A stretch of 63,958 nucleotides of DNA. It comes from Candidatus Omnitrophota bacterium (GTDB lineage: Bacteria; Omnitrophota; Gorgyraeia; Aquiviventales; Aquiviventaceae). A program made the translations under genes and the position numbers. The DNA lies in contig JACQWM010000015.1 in the NCBI GenBank assembly GCA_016209275.1, positions 1 through 63,958 on the forward strand, read 5' to 3'. Position 1 is the stretch's first letter, and every line of letters begins with the position of its first letter. Shown piece after piece: positions 43,680 to 52,476 of this stretch. Under the pieces are notes generated by a model. The model had not been told where the DNA came from. It worked only from the letters and a program-made list of their open reading frames with translations, and searched no databases.

Positions 43680-44716
43680 CAGAGGAGTCCGGTGGTCTCT
43701 GGCCAGCCGTGCATGATATTGAGATTTTGCACCGCTTGGCCGGCGGCGCCCTTCACCAAATTGTCCAAAGCGCTGGCGATCAGCATGGTGCCGGTCGCCG
43801 AGTCAACCATGATCCCGAGATCGCAGTAGTTGGTGTGCGTCACTTCGGATAGCTGCGGAAAACCGGATGAGCGCACGCGCACGAACGGCGTGGTCTCCGG
43901 GGAGTAGGCCGCGGCGAAGGCGGCTCGAGCCTGCGCTTCAGTCGTCTTCGCCTGCAGGTAGAGCATGGAGATCAAGCCGCGGGTGGCCGGAATGACTTGG
44001 GGCACGAAGACCATCTGGATCTCGCTGCCGGTCAGTTGGCGAATCGTCTGATTGATCTCCGGCATATGCTGATGCGCATTGACCTTATAGGCCCGCAGGT
44101 TCTCGGACATCTCCGCATAGAGCAATGAAGGCTCGGGTTTGCGTCCGGCCCCGCTGACGCCTGATTTGGCATCGATGATGACGCGGCGGCTATCCACCAA
44201 CTTGGCCCGAAACAGCGGCAGCAACCCTAGCAGCACGCTGGTCGCGTAGCAGCCAGGATTCGCCACCAGCGTGGCCTTGGCAATCTCCCCCTGACAAAAC
44301 TCGGCCAGGCCATACGCAGCGGCTCCTGGTTTGAGCCACTCAGGATGCGTATGCGAGAAGGTGTACCACTGTGGATAGAGCGAAGGCTCGTGCAGGCGGA
44401 AGTCGCCGGAGAGGTCAATCACCCGTTTGCCCGCGGCCAGCAGCTTGGGGGCGAGTTCCATCGCCATGCCATGCGGCAAGGCGAGAAACACCACGTCGGA
44501 GACATCAGTACAACGGGAGAGGTTGAGCGCTTCGACGGCGAGATCTACGCGGCCGGCGAAACGAGGATAGACCTCAGAGACAGGAGTCGGGCGGCCCCAT
44601 TTGGCCGAGGCGGCCAGATAGGTAAGCTGAACATGCGGGTGATGGATGAGGATCCGCAGGAGCTCTTCGCCGGTGTAACCGGTCGCTCCTGCAATCGCGA
44701 CGCGTATCGTTGGCAT
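43679..44716 (-). CDS. argC: N-acetyl-gamma-glutamyl-phosphate reductase
   Basis: ..IRVAIAGATGYTGEELLRIL.., ..ANPGCYATS.. Confidence 0.93.
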   Translation of the reverse strand: MPTIRVAIAGATGYTGEELLRILIHHPHVQLTYLAASAKWGRPTPVSEVYPRFAGRVDLAVEALNLSRCTDVSDVVFLALPHGMAMELAPKLLAAGKRVIDLSGDFRLHEPSLYPQWYTFSHTHPEWLKPGAAAYGLAEFCQGEIAKATLVANPGCYATSVLLGLLPLFRAKLVDSRRVIIDAKSGVSGAGRKPEPSLLYAEMSENLRAYKVNAHQHMPEINQTIRQLTGSEIQMVFVPQVIPATRGLISMLYLQAKTTEAQARAAFAAAYSPETTPFVRVRSSGFPQLSEVTHTNYCDLGIMVDSATGTMLIASALDNLVKGAAGQAVQNLNIMHGWPETTGLL

Positions 44717-44746
44717 CTGTGAGGTTTCATATTATCACAAGCTAAG

Positions 44747-44782
44747 GCGATATCAGATATCGAAATCGATATCTGATATCGC
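44747..44782. repeat. GATATCAGATATC-family palindrome, copy 5
   Basis: GCGATATCAGATATCG-AAAT-CGATATCTGATATCGC, between rpsI and argC. Confidence 0.95.
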
Positions 44783-44784
44783 AG

Positions 44785-45252
44785 TTATCGTTTCGTCCAC
44801 TGGAAGCGCTTACGGGCACCCTTCTGCCCGTACTTCTTCCGTTCCTTTTCCCGCGGATCCCGAGTGAGGAGCCCAGCGCTACGCAAGGCCGTTCGATACG
44901 ACTCGTCCGTTTTTAGCAGCGCGCGGGCGATCCCTAAACGGATCGCATCGGCCTGGCCGGTGAGCCCGCCGCCTTCAACATTCACGACCACGTTATATTT
45001 GCCCATCTGGTGCGTCAGCAACAGGGGAGCTCGGATCGACAATCGAAGCGCTTCGCGCGGAAAGTATTGCTCATAGGGCCGCCGGTTCACCTCAATCGCG
45101 CCTGGCCCCTGCAGCAAGCGCACGCGAGCCACCGAGGTCTTGCGGCGGCCGGTGGCCATCAGGCTCGCCGGCGCCTTCGGCGTTGACGCCGCCCCTCGGG
45201 CGCTGGACGCGGCGGCATCGACTTGCGTTGTCTCCGATTCGTTCATTCTCAC
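44785..45252 (-). CDS. rpsI: 30S ribosomal protein S9 with an N-terminal extension
   Basis: ..[54 protein letters not shown]. Start is GTG 45252 or ATG 45246. Confidence 0.92.
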   Translation of the reverse strand: MRMNESETTQVDAAASSARGAASTPKAPASLMATGRRKTSVARVRLLQGPGAIEVNRRPYEQYFPREALRLSIRAPLLLTHQMGKYNVVVNVEGGGLTGQADAIRLGIARALLKTDESYRTALRSAGLLTRDPREKERKKYGQKGARKRFQWTKR

Positions 45253-45258
45253 ACTCGC

Positions 45259-45687
45259 TTAGTTCGCCAACGGGGTTGGCTGCTGTGCCGCATGGGGGTG
45301 CTGCGCTCCTGCGTACACCTTCAGCTTGGTCAACAGGTGCCGCCCGAGCGACCCGTCCGGCATCATCCCTTTGACCGCTTGGCTGATCACGCGCTCCGGA
45401 TGCGTCTTGAGCAACCGCTCCAAGGTGATTTCCTTATGACCGCTGGGGTAGCCGGAATACCGGCGGTACACCTTGTTTTTCAACTTGTTGCCGGTCACCG
45501 CGACTTTGTCCGCATTGATGACCACGACAAAATCCCCCGTGTCGAGAAACGGCGTGAACGTCGGCTTGTGCTTGCCGCGCAGGATCATGGCGATGCGAGT
45601 CGCCAACCGTCCCAGGACCTGATCCTTGGCGTCAATCACCATCCAACGGCGTTGGATACTCTTGATTGCTGGAAATGTCGTGGTCAT
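45259..45687 (-). CDS. rplM: 50S ribosomal protein L13
   Basis: Trimmed to [46 protein letters not shown]... The longer track ORF (to 46080) is antisense-frame read-through of the methyltransferase gene. Confidence 0.92.
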   Translation of the reverse strand: MTTTFPAIKSIQRRWMVIDAKDQVLGRLATRIAMILRGKHKPTFTPFLDTGDFVVVINADKVAVTGNKLKNKVYRRYSGYPSGHKEITLERLLKTHPERVISQAVKGMMPDGSLGRHLLTKLKVYAGAQHPHAAQQPTPLAN

Positions 45688-45699
45688 TCGAAAGTTGTT

Positions 45700-45728
45700 A
45701 TTATAGCTCGGCTTCAAGATGTTGTCAA
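45700..45728 (-). promoter_or_regulatory. Perfect-consensus sigma70 promoter 12 nt upstream of the rplM ATG
   Basis: Minus strand: TTGACA (45728-45723), 17 nt, TATAAT (45705-45700), aacaactttcga, ATG. The methyltransferase TGA stop lies inside the -35 hexamer. Confidence 0.6.
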
Positions 45729-46675
45729 CGGCGACCAGCTCCCGGCGGCTTTTCCAAAACGAGGGCGATGTAGCGAAGGCGCCGGCGAACCTCATCGTGG
45801 GCCCGCAGCACTTCCGCCAGCAAGATCCAATCCTCCGGAGTGAGCCGGCGAAAGGCGGAACGCATGGCGCACAGCGCCCACCGCGTGGCGGGCCGCTGCC
45901 CGCACCACAGGACGCCCTGGCCGATGCGCTGGCAACGCTGCAGCACCGGCTCGCTCCAGTCAAGGAGCCGCCGCTCCGCGAACCCGCAGTCTCGCGCCAT
46001 CGCCCGGTAGCGCTCCATGGACTCAAAGCTTTCAAATTGCCACGTCTGGCGCACGATGCCGGCGGGATCCGCCGCCTCAATCTCCGCGGGCTGCGCGGAT
46101 CGCCACATGAAATCGACCAGCACCAGCCGTCCGCCGGGCGTCAGCAGCCGGAACGCATCCTTGAGAAACACCTCGCGTCCCGGGAACCCGAAGTGAAACG
46201 CGGATTCTAGGCAGTGGATCTTATCGAGTGAGGCTTCGCCGAATCCCCGAGCTTCCAACGTCTCCCACAGCCGGGTCGCATCTCCCAGAATAAACTCCAA
46301 GCGCTCGGAGGCGGGGTACGTTTGCCGGGCGGCGCGCACATGCGCCTCGGCGATGTCAAGGCCGATGGCGCGCGCCGCCTGGGACGCGATGCGGCTGGTG
46401 GTCCAGCCGAAGCCGCAGCCGGCATCCAGCACCACATCGCTTGATTGAAGATCCAGCAGCGCGATGGAAAACTTCGCCAGCCTCCGCTGGCCTGAATTAA
46501 ACCCGGTGATCAGACTGTGGATATCGTAGAAGCGATAGTAGCCGAGGTTCAGCAGGGGCTGGCCCCACCCGCACGCCCCCATGAAATCCACCATGACGCT
46601 GGCACGCTGGTAGCGGCCGACGCCGCGGGGCCCTGGCCGGAAGATGGCATCCGGCGGTGGGGTCGGCTTTTTCAT
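45725..46675 (-). CDS. Class I SAM-dependent methyltransferase, substrate unknown
   Basis: 316 aa; motif I ..[13 protein letters not shown].., ..[13 protein letters not shown].. Confidence 0.75.
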   Translation of the reverse strand: MKKPTPPPDAIFRPGPRGVGRYQRASVMVDFMGACGWGQPLLNLGYYRFYDIHSLITGFNSGQRRLAKFSIALLDLQSSDVVLDAGCGFGWTTSRIASQAARAIGLDIAEAHVRAARQTYPASERLEFILGDATRLWETLEARGFGEASLDKIHCLESAFHFGFPGREVFLKDAFRLLTPGGRLVLVDFMWRSAQPAEIEAADPAGIVRQTWQFESFESMERYRAMARDCGFAERRLLDWSEPVLQRCQRIGQGVLWCGQRPATRWALCAMRSAFRRLTPEDWILLAEVLRAHDEVRRRLRYIALVLEKPPGAGRR

Positions 46676-46678
46676 GGC

Positions 46679-47458
46679 TCAATCATCATAGCCGACGCAA
46701 ACGAGCGTGAGCCCCTTCGCCGGCGCCGTCGCGCCGGCCAGCGACCGCTGGCCCTCCCGCAGCATCCGCCGCACGATGCCACGCGGCAATCGCCCGCGGC
46801 CGACATCCATCACGGTGCCGGCGAGGCTTCGAACCATCGTATGAAGAAACCCATTGCCCTCCACCTCAAGATGAAGCTCCTTGCCGCGCCGGATAAGCGC
46901 GATGCCATAAATGGTCCGGCGCGTCGACCGAAGCGTCTTTCCTTCCTCGCGGGCAAACGCGCGAAAATCATGCGCGCCCTTAGCCGCTGCGGCTTCCCGG
47001 CGCATGGCTGCGAGATTCAGCGGCGCATGCACGCGATGCACATACGGCCGAATAAAGGGCGGGGGCGCATCCCCAAGAAAGATCCGGTAACGATACCGCT
47101 TGCGCTTCGCAGCATACTGCGCATGGAACCCCCTTAAGGCCTCCTCAATGCTGGTCACGACGATGTCAGAGGGCAAGAGGTGGTTGGCGGCTTTGCGCAA
47201 CGTCTTGGTCTCGATCATCGAGCGGGTTCTGACGTGAGCGACTTGAGCTTCGGCATGCACGCCGGCATCCGTCCTGCCGCTGCCGATGACCCGCACGTCT
47301 TCGTGGAGGATGGTCTTGAGAACCTTCTGGAGCGTTCCCTGGATGGTTGGCGTCTGCGTGTTGCGTGTCTGAATTTGCCAACCCGCATATCGGGTGCCGT
47401 CGTAGGCGATGGTGAGTTTGAGGGTGCGAGTTCCGGTGCCAGGTCCTCTCTTCGTCAT
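46679..47458 (-). CDS. truA: tRNA pseudouridine(38-40) synthase TruA
   Basis: ..LKLTIAYDGTRYAGWQIQ..GSGRTDAGVHA.. Confidence 0.92.
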   Translation of the reverse strand: MTKRGPGTGTRTLKLTIAYDGTRYAGWQIQTRNTQTPTIQGTLQKVLKTILHEDVRVIGSGRTDAGVHAEAQVAHVRTRSMIETKTLRKAANHLLPSDIVVTSIEEALRGFHAQYAAKRKRYRYRIFLGDAPPPFIRPYVHRVHAPLNLAAMRREAAAAKGAHDFRAFAREEGKTLRSTRRTIYGIALIRRGKELHLEVEGNGFLHTMVRSLAGTVMDVGRGRLPRGIVRRMLREGQRSLAGATAPAKGLTLVCVGYDD

Positions 47459-48534
47459 GTCTTCACAAAATTGGACCTGGCACCGCCGATGAGGAGTTCA
47501 GCGATTTGGATGGCGTTGGTGGCCGCCCCCTTGCGCAGGTTATCGCCGCTCACCCACAAGGCGAGGCCCCGTTTCACCGACGCATCCCTGCGCAGCCGGC
47601 CGACAAGGACGTTGTCTTGCCCACCCGCATCAATGGGCAGCGGATAGGCGCCGCGCGCAGGATCATCGACCAGCGTCACGCCTGGCGCCTTGCGCAAGAG
47701 CCTGGCCGCCTGCTCGGCCGAGAGCGGCCGTTTCGTTTCGATCCAAACCGCCTCGGAGTGCGCTCGGAACACCGGCACCCGAACGCATGTGGACGTCACG
47801 GCAAGCTGCGGCTCCCCAAGAATCTTCCGAGTCTCGTTGACCATCTTCATCTCTTCTTTCGTGGAGCGGTTCTTCAGGAAGAGGTCGACCTGGGGGATCA
47901 CGTTGAACGCAATCTGCTTCGGTAAGACGGTTTCATGTTTCAGGTTCCAGGTTTCAAGTTGAGGTTTAACCTGAAACGTGGAACGTGAAACCTGAAACTG
48001 CCGCAAGGCTCGCTTCGTTTCGTCATAAAGTTGAAACATGGCTTTCGCGCCGGCCCCTGAGACGGACTGATAGGTGGACACGATGATCCGCGTGATCCGC
48101 GCCGCTCGATGCAACGGGGCCAGCGGGACGAGCATAATGATGGTCGAGCAGTTAGGATTGGCGATCAAGCCCTGATGGCCTTTCAGCGCGCGAGGATTGA
48201 CCTCCGGAATAACCAGCGGGACCTCCGGCGCCATGCGGAACGCGCTGGAGTTATCCACGACAATCGCCCCGCGTTTGACGGCTTCAGGAGCAAACTCCAG
48301 GCTGCGGGCAGCCCCGGCGCTAAAGAGCGCCACATCGATTCCGGCAAACGATCGCGGTGTCAGCTCCTCCACGCGATACGTGGAGCCGTTGAACGGCACT
48401 CGACGGCCTTCTGACCGCGCTGAGGCCAGCACTTTCAGCCCCACCACCGGAAAGCGCCGCTGCTGCAAGACTCGCAGCATCTCGGTGCCCACAGCACCTG
48501 TGGCTCCGACAACTGCAACGTTGATTTTTTTCAT
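47455..48534 (-). CDS. asd: Aspartate-semialdehyde dehydrogenase with a repeat-encoded loop
   Basis: MKKINVAVVGATGAVG..; ..ANPNCSTI..; ..STKEEMKMVNETRKILG... Confidence 0.93.
   Translation of the reverse strand: MKKINVAVVGATGAVGTEMLRVLQQRRFPVVGLKVLASARSEGRRVPFNGSTYRVEELTPRSFAGIDVALFSAGAARSLEFAPEAVKRGAIVVDNSSAFRMAPEVPLVIPEVNPRALKGHQGLIANPNCSTIIMLVPLAPLHRAARITRIIVSTYQSVSGAGAKAMFQLYDETKRALRQFQVSRSTFQVKPQLETWNLKHETVLPKQIAFNVIPQVDLFLKNRSTKEEMKMVNETRKILGEPQLAVTSTCVRVPVFRAHSEAVWIETKRPLSAEQAARLLRKAPGVTLVDDPARGAYPLPIDAGGQDNVLVGRLRRDASVKRGLALWVSGDNLRKGAATNAIQIAELLIGGARSNFVKT
47930..47998. repeat. 69-nt heptamer-array palindrome in frame inside asd
   Basis: GTTTCAT GTTTCAG GTTCCAG GTTTCAA GTTGAG GTTTAAC | CTGAAAC GTGGAAC GTGAAAC CTGAAAC. 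Encodes QFQVSRSTFQVKPQLETWNLKHE. Confidence 0.9.
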
Positions 48535-48540
48535 CGGTGC

Positions 48541-49578
48541 CTAGACCAAAAGCCCCTTGACAACAAGATCGCCGACTTCGCTGGTGGAATACCCCATCTT
48601 GCCGGCGGCAAGACTCTTCAGTTTCGTCGCGGTGATGTTTATGACCGCGCGCTCGATGGCGGCGGCAGCCTTCATCTGACCCAAATGCTCGAGCATCATC
48701 GAACCGGCACAGATGGCCGCCAGCGGGTTGATCACATGCTTGCCGGTGTACTTGGGGGCCGAGCCTCCGATCGGCTCAAACATGGAGACCCCCTGGGGAT
48801 TCAGATTGCCGCCGGCCGCGATCCCCATGCCGCCTTGGATCATGGCGCCTAAGTCCGTGATGATGTCGCCGAACATGTTATCCGTGACGATCACGTCAAA
48901 CCACTCGGGGTTCTTCACCATCCACATGCAGCAGGCATCGACATGGGTGTAATCAGTTTGAATATCCTTGTACTCCTTGGCGACGTCTTCAAACACGCGC
49001 TGCCATAAATCGTGCGCGAAGGTCAGCACATTGGTCTTGCCGCACAGCGTCAGTTTCTTTCTGGATCGCTTGCGCGTCGTCTCAAACGCGAAGCGGATGC
49101 AGCGCTCAACACCCTTGCGCGTGTTCACCGACGTCTGCAGCGCGACCTCATCGGCCGTGCCTTTGCGCAAAAATCCTCCCACGCCGGCGTAGAGCCCTTC
49201 GGTGTTCTCGCGCACCACCACGAAGTCGATGTCCTCAGGCTGCTTATCCCTCAAGGGCGTCCACACCCCGGGATACAGCTTCACCGGACGCAGATTGATG
49301 TATTGGTCCAGCTCGAAGCGCAGCCGTAGCAGAATGCCCTGCTCCAGGATTCCCGGCTTGACGTCGGGATGCCCGATGGCGCCGAGATAAATGGCGCCGG
49401 CCTCGCGCAGCTCTTTCAAGACGCTCGAAGGCAGGGTCTCTTTGGTTTTCAAATACCGAGCACCCCCCAGGTCATACTCGCGCCACTCAAGACGAAAATG
49501 GCCCTGACTCGCCGCCGCCTCAAGCACTTTGCGGCCCTCGCGGATCACTTCAGGGCCGGTGCCATCTCCAGGAATCAC
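48541..49578 (-). CDS. leuB: 3-isopropylmalate dehydrogenase; start uncertain
   Basis: ..IAVIPGDGTGPEV.., ..NMFGDIITDL... Conservative GTG start at 49578 (MIPGDG..). The alternative ATG at 49692 would translate the CGCAGAT repeat and overlap leuD. Confidence 0.85.
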   Translation of the reverse strand: MIPGDGTGPEVIREGRKVLEAAASQGHFRLEWREYDLGGARYLKTKETLPSSVLKELREAGAIYLGAIGHPDVKPGILEQGILLRLRFELDQYINLRPVKLYPGVWTPLRDKQPEDIDFVVVRENTEGLYAGVGGFLRKGTADEVALQTSVNTRKGVERCIRFAFETTRKRSRKKLTLCGKTNVLTFAHDLWQRVFEDVAKEYKDIQTDYTHVDACCMWMVKNPEWFDVIVTDNMFGDIITDLGAMIQGGMGIAAGGNLNPQGVSMFEPIGGSAPKYTGKHVINPLAAICAGSMMLEHLGQMKAAAAIERAVINITATKLKSLAAGKMGYSTSEVGDLVVKGLLV

Positions 49579-49593
49579 CGCAATCCGATAAGA

Positions 49594-49670
49594 CGCAGAT
49601 TTCCGCAGATTGCTACGCCGATTACCACTGATCTGCGGCGATCTGCGTTGAAGATCTGCGGTAATCTGCG
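49594..49670. repeat. CGCAGAT-family element, copy 1 (7-mer cores at 10-13 nt spacing, inverted arms)
   Basis: CGCAGAT at 49594 and 49604; ATCTGCG at 49631, 49641, 49654 and 49664. About 70-75% alignable by eye with 56187-56270. Confidence 0.85.
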
Positions 49671-49672
49671 TT

Positions 49673-50317
49673 CTAGTCGTCCGGGTGGTCATCGTTGACT
49701 CGCAATGGTGTTGGGCAGCTTGGCATGAAGCCTCGCGCCCGAGCATACGAAAAGAGATCCCCCGCCTCCAACATCGGAACAATGTCGCTCAGCGGACTCA
49801 GCGTCCATGAGGTCTTCAGGGCCGGCACATACAGCACCGGCTTGCTCGTATTCGCCAGCACCAGCTCGCCCTCCATGCCGGTGTGAACCACGTCGCAGAG
49901 CCGCTCAGCCGGCGAATCGCACGGCAACAGATACCCGCCGTTGACGCAGTTACGGTAGAAAATCCTGGCAAAAAACTCGGCGATCACCGCGCGCACGCCG
50001 GCTTGCTGCAGCGCGATCGGCGCATGCTCCCGAGACGAACCGCACCCAAAATTTTTGCCTGCCACAATCAGGGGAAACCGGCCGGGCGGCTGCCCTTCGC
50101 GGCTAAACGGCGTGCCGCCCTTGGGCAACCCTTGCGCGGCTTCCGGCACCCCAGAGAGCGCGTACCAGCCGAACTTCGCCTTCTCGTCGGACCGTGAGGG
50201 ATCCAAACTCAGATACTGCGCAGGAATGATCTGGTCGGTGTCGATATTATCCCCAACCACATAGATCGCGCCCTTGATCACATCAGAAATCTTATGATTC
50301 GAAGACGGCATGATCAT
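49673..50317 (-). CDS. leuD: 3-isopropylmalate dehydratase small subunit
   Basis: 214 aa; ..[17 protein letters not shown].., ..[15 protein letters not shown].. Confidence 0.9.
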   Translation of the reverse strand: MIMPSSNHKISDVIKGAIYVVGDNIDTDQIIPAQYLSLDPSRSDEKAKFGWYALSGVPEAAQGLPKGGTPFSREGQPPGRFPLIVAGKNFGCGSSREHAPIALQQAGVRAVIAEFFARIFYRNCVNGGYLLPCDSPAERLCDVVHTGMEGELVLANTSKPVLYVPALKTSWTLSPLSDIVPMLEAGDLFSYARARGFMPSCPTPLRVNDDHPDD

Positions 50318-51612
50318 GCCAAAAACTCCCGAGGGTCGGTGATGACGCCGCGCACCGCTGAAGCCGCCACGGTCAGGGGCGACGCCAGGTAGACTTGCGC
50401 CAGCTTATGCCCCATCCGACCCGGGAAATTGCGGCTGGTCGAGCTGATACACACCATCGGCTCATTGAGGCGCCCCAGGGTGTCCAAGGGCCCGCCCAAA
50501 CAGGCCCCGCATGACGGGGGCCCGATCACGCAGCCGGCGTGCTCAAAAATCTGCTTCAGCGTCTGCCCGTCGATCTTGGCGGTCTCGAGTGCCCGTTCGA
50601 TCTCCGTCGTGGCCGGCACGACAAAGGTGTTGACCTTCACGCGGCGGCCGTTCATCACCCGCGCCGCAGCGAGGAAGTCCGTGAGCTTGCCTCCGGTGCA
50701 GGACCCCAGGTACGCCCGGTCGATCGCCACCCCGCTGACGGATCGCACGGTCGCGTGATGGTCGGGGCTCGAGGGTTTCGCGACAACCGGCTCCAGGGCG
50801 CGGCAGTCGAAGCGATACTCCTTCAGATACGAGGCGTCGGCGTCCCTCGTGAGGGCTTGAAACGGTTTCTTCGTTTTAGCCGCAACGCTGTTGATCGTCA
50901 CCTGATCCGGATTGATCAGGCCGTTTTTCCCTCCGGCTTCGATGGTCATATTCACCAAGGTCATGCGCTCTTCCATGCTCAGGCTATAGACCCCGTCGCC
51001 ATCAAACTCGAGCGCTTTATACGTGCCGCCATCAACGCCGATCGTTCCAATCACGGTCAGCATCAGGTCTTTCGCCATGAGATACGGCGGCAGCGCGCCC
51101 TCGAACACGAACCGCAGCGTGTGAGGCACGCGCAGCCATAAGGTGCCGGTGCCCATCACGAACGCCGCTTCGGTATTGCCGATGCCGGTGGCAAACTCGC
51201 CGAAGGCGCCGGCCGTGCAGGTATGCGAGTCCGTGCCGAAAAGGACTTCGCCGGGGCGCGTGTGCCCTTCCTCGGCCAAGGCGATGTGGCACACCCCCTT
51301 ATACCGCTTCGTGCCCGGGTCGTAGTAGTGCGGCAGCCGCTGCTCGCCCGCAAACGTCCGCAGGGTTTCGACGTTGCGGCGCGCCTTCTCATCCTTCGTG
51401 AAGATGTAATGATCCGGGATGATCACGACTTTTTCCCGATCCCACACCTTGGCCGAGCGCCCGAATTGCTCGTGGAAAATCCCGATGGTGGGCGGCCCGC
51501 ACACATCATGGGTCATCAGCACGTCGGCCTTCACCCATACGGTCTCGCCCGGGCAGACCGATGAGCGATTCGCCGCTCTGGCGAGGATTTTTTCTGTCAG
51601 TGTCATGCCCAT
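50314..51612 (-). CDS. leuC: 3-isopropylmalate dehydratase large subunit (short, archaeal/type-2-like form)
   Basis: 432 aa; MTLTEKILARA.., aconitase-family Cys ligands (..GTDSHTCT.., ..SCGACLGG.., ..SSTSRNFPGRMG..). Confidence 0.9.
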   Translation of the reverse strand: MGMTLTEKILARAANRSSVCPGETVWVKADVLMTHDVCGPPTIGIFHEQFGRSAKVWDREKVVIIPDHYIFTKDEKARRNVETLRTFAGEQRLPHYYDPGTKRYKGVCHIALAEEGHTRPGEVLFGTDSHTCTAGAFGEFATGIGNTEAAFVMGTGTLWLRVPHTLRFVFEGALPPYLMAKDLMLTVIGTIGVDGGTYKALEFDGDGVYSLSMEERMTLVNMTIEAGGKNGLINPDQVTINSVAAKTKKPFQALTRDADASYLKEYRFDCRALEPVVAKPSSPDHHATVRSVSGVAIDRAYLGSCTGGKLTDFLAAARVMNGRRVKVNTFVVPATTEIERALETAKIDGQTLKQIFEHAGCVIGPPSCGACLGGPLDTLGRLNEPMVCISSTSRNFPGRMGHKLAQVYLASPLTVAASAVRGVITDPREFLA

Positions 51613-51624
51613 CGTGTCTCCGTT

Positions 51625-51664
51625 CGATATCAGATATCAAACGGCCGTTTGATATCTGATATCG
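51625..51664. repeat. GATATCAGATATC-family palindrome, copy 6 (identical to copy 1)
   Basis: CGATATCAGATATCAAACGGCCGTTTGATATCTGATATCG. Contains the thiG stop codon. Confidence 0.95.
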
Positions 51665-52440
51665 CCCTTGCTCAAGCCTTCCATAGGGCTGGAGGCCGAC
51701 GCGTACGGCTTCTTCGGGATCCGTCCGGCCTCAAACGCCAGCCGGCCGGATTCAACGGCCAGGCGCATTGCCGTCGCCATCTTCACCGGATCCGAAGCGC
51801 CGGCGATCGCGGTATTCATGAGCACCCCGTCAGCCCCCAGCTCCATCACGATCGACGCATCCGACGCTGTGCCCACCCCGGCATCCACGATCACCGGCAC
51901 GGAAACGGCCTCGAGAATGAAGTGGATGTTCAGCGGATTGATGATGCCTAATCCCGAGCCGATCGGAGCGGCCAGCGGCATCACGCACACCGCCCCGGCA
52001 TCCTGAAGCTTTTTGGCCATGATCGGATCATCATTCGTGTACGGCATGACCACGAATCCCTCCCTCACGAGCTCCTTCGTGGCGCGCAGGAGCGCTTCCG
52101 TATCTGGCAGGAGCGTCTTCTGGTCGCCGATCACCTCAAGTTTCACGAGATTGGACAGCCCAGCCTCCCGACCAAGCGCGGCGGTGCGAATCGCCTCCTC
52201 AGCCGTGTAGCACCCCGCCGTATTCGGCAGCAGGGTGAGGCGCGTTCGGTCAAGATAATCCAGCAGGCTCTCCTCATTTGGCCGATCCAGATTGATCCGT
52301 CGCACCGCCACGGTGACCAGCTCTGCTCCGCTCGCCTCAATCGCCTGGCGCATCAGCCCGAACGTCGCATACTTCCCCGTCCCAACAATCAGCCTCGACG
52401 AGAAAGCACGATCACCAATCTGTAATCCGTTCGCGTTCAT
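51637..52440 (-). CDS. thiG: Thiazole synthase
   Basis: Trimmed to [24 protein letters not shown]..; ..[13 protein letters not shown]... The tail ..GDIRYQTAV is encoded by the palindrome. Confidence 0.9.
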   Translation of the reverse strand: MNANGLQIGDRAFSSRLIVGTGKYATFGLMRQAIEASGAELVTVAVRRINLDRPNEESLLDYLDRTRLTLLPNTAGCYTAEEAIRTAALGREAGLSNLVKLEVIGDQKTLLPDTEALLRATKELVREGFVVMPYTNDDPIMAKKLQDAGAVCVMPLAAPIGSGLGIINPLNIHFILEAVSVPVIVDAGVGTASDASIVMELGADGVLMNTAIAGASDPVKMATAMRLAVESGRLAFEAGRIPKKPYASASSPMEGLSKGDIRYQTAV

Positions 52441-52476
52441 CTTCCTCTTGTGTCCAGGTGGCCACGTGGTCACACG

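Noticed and set aside
44717-44746. An ArgR (ARG box) operator upstream of argC in TGTGATAATATGAAAC.
   Set aside because: There is only a poor match to the TNTGAATWWWWATTCANW consensus as I remember it, and no second tandem box. The sequence is better described as a -10-like element.
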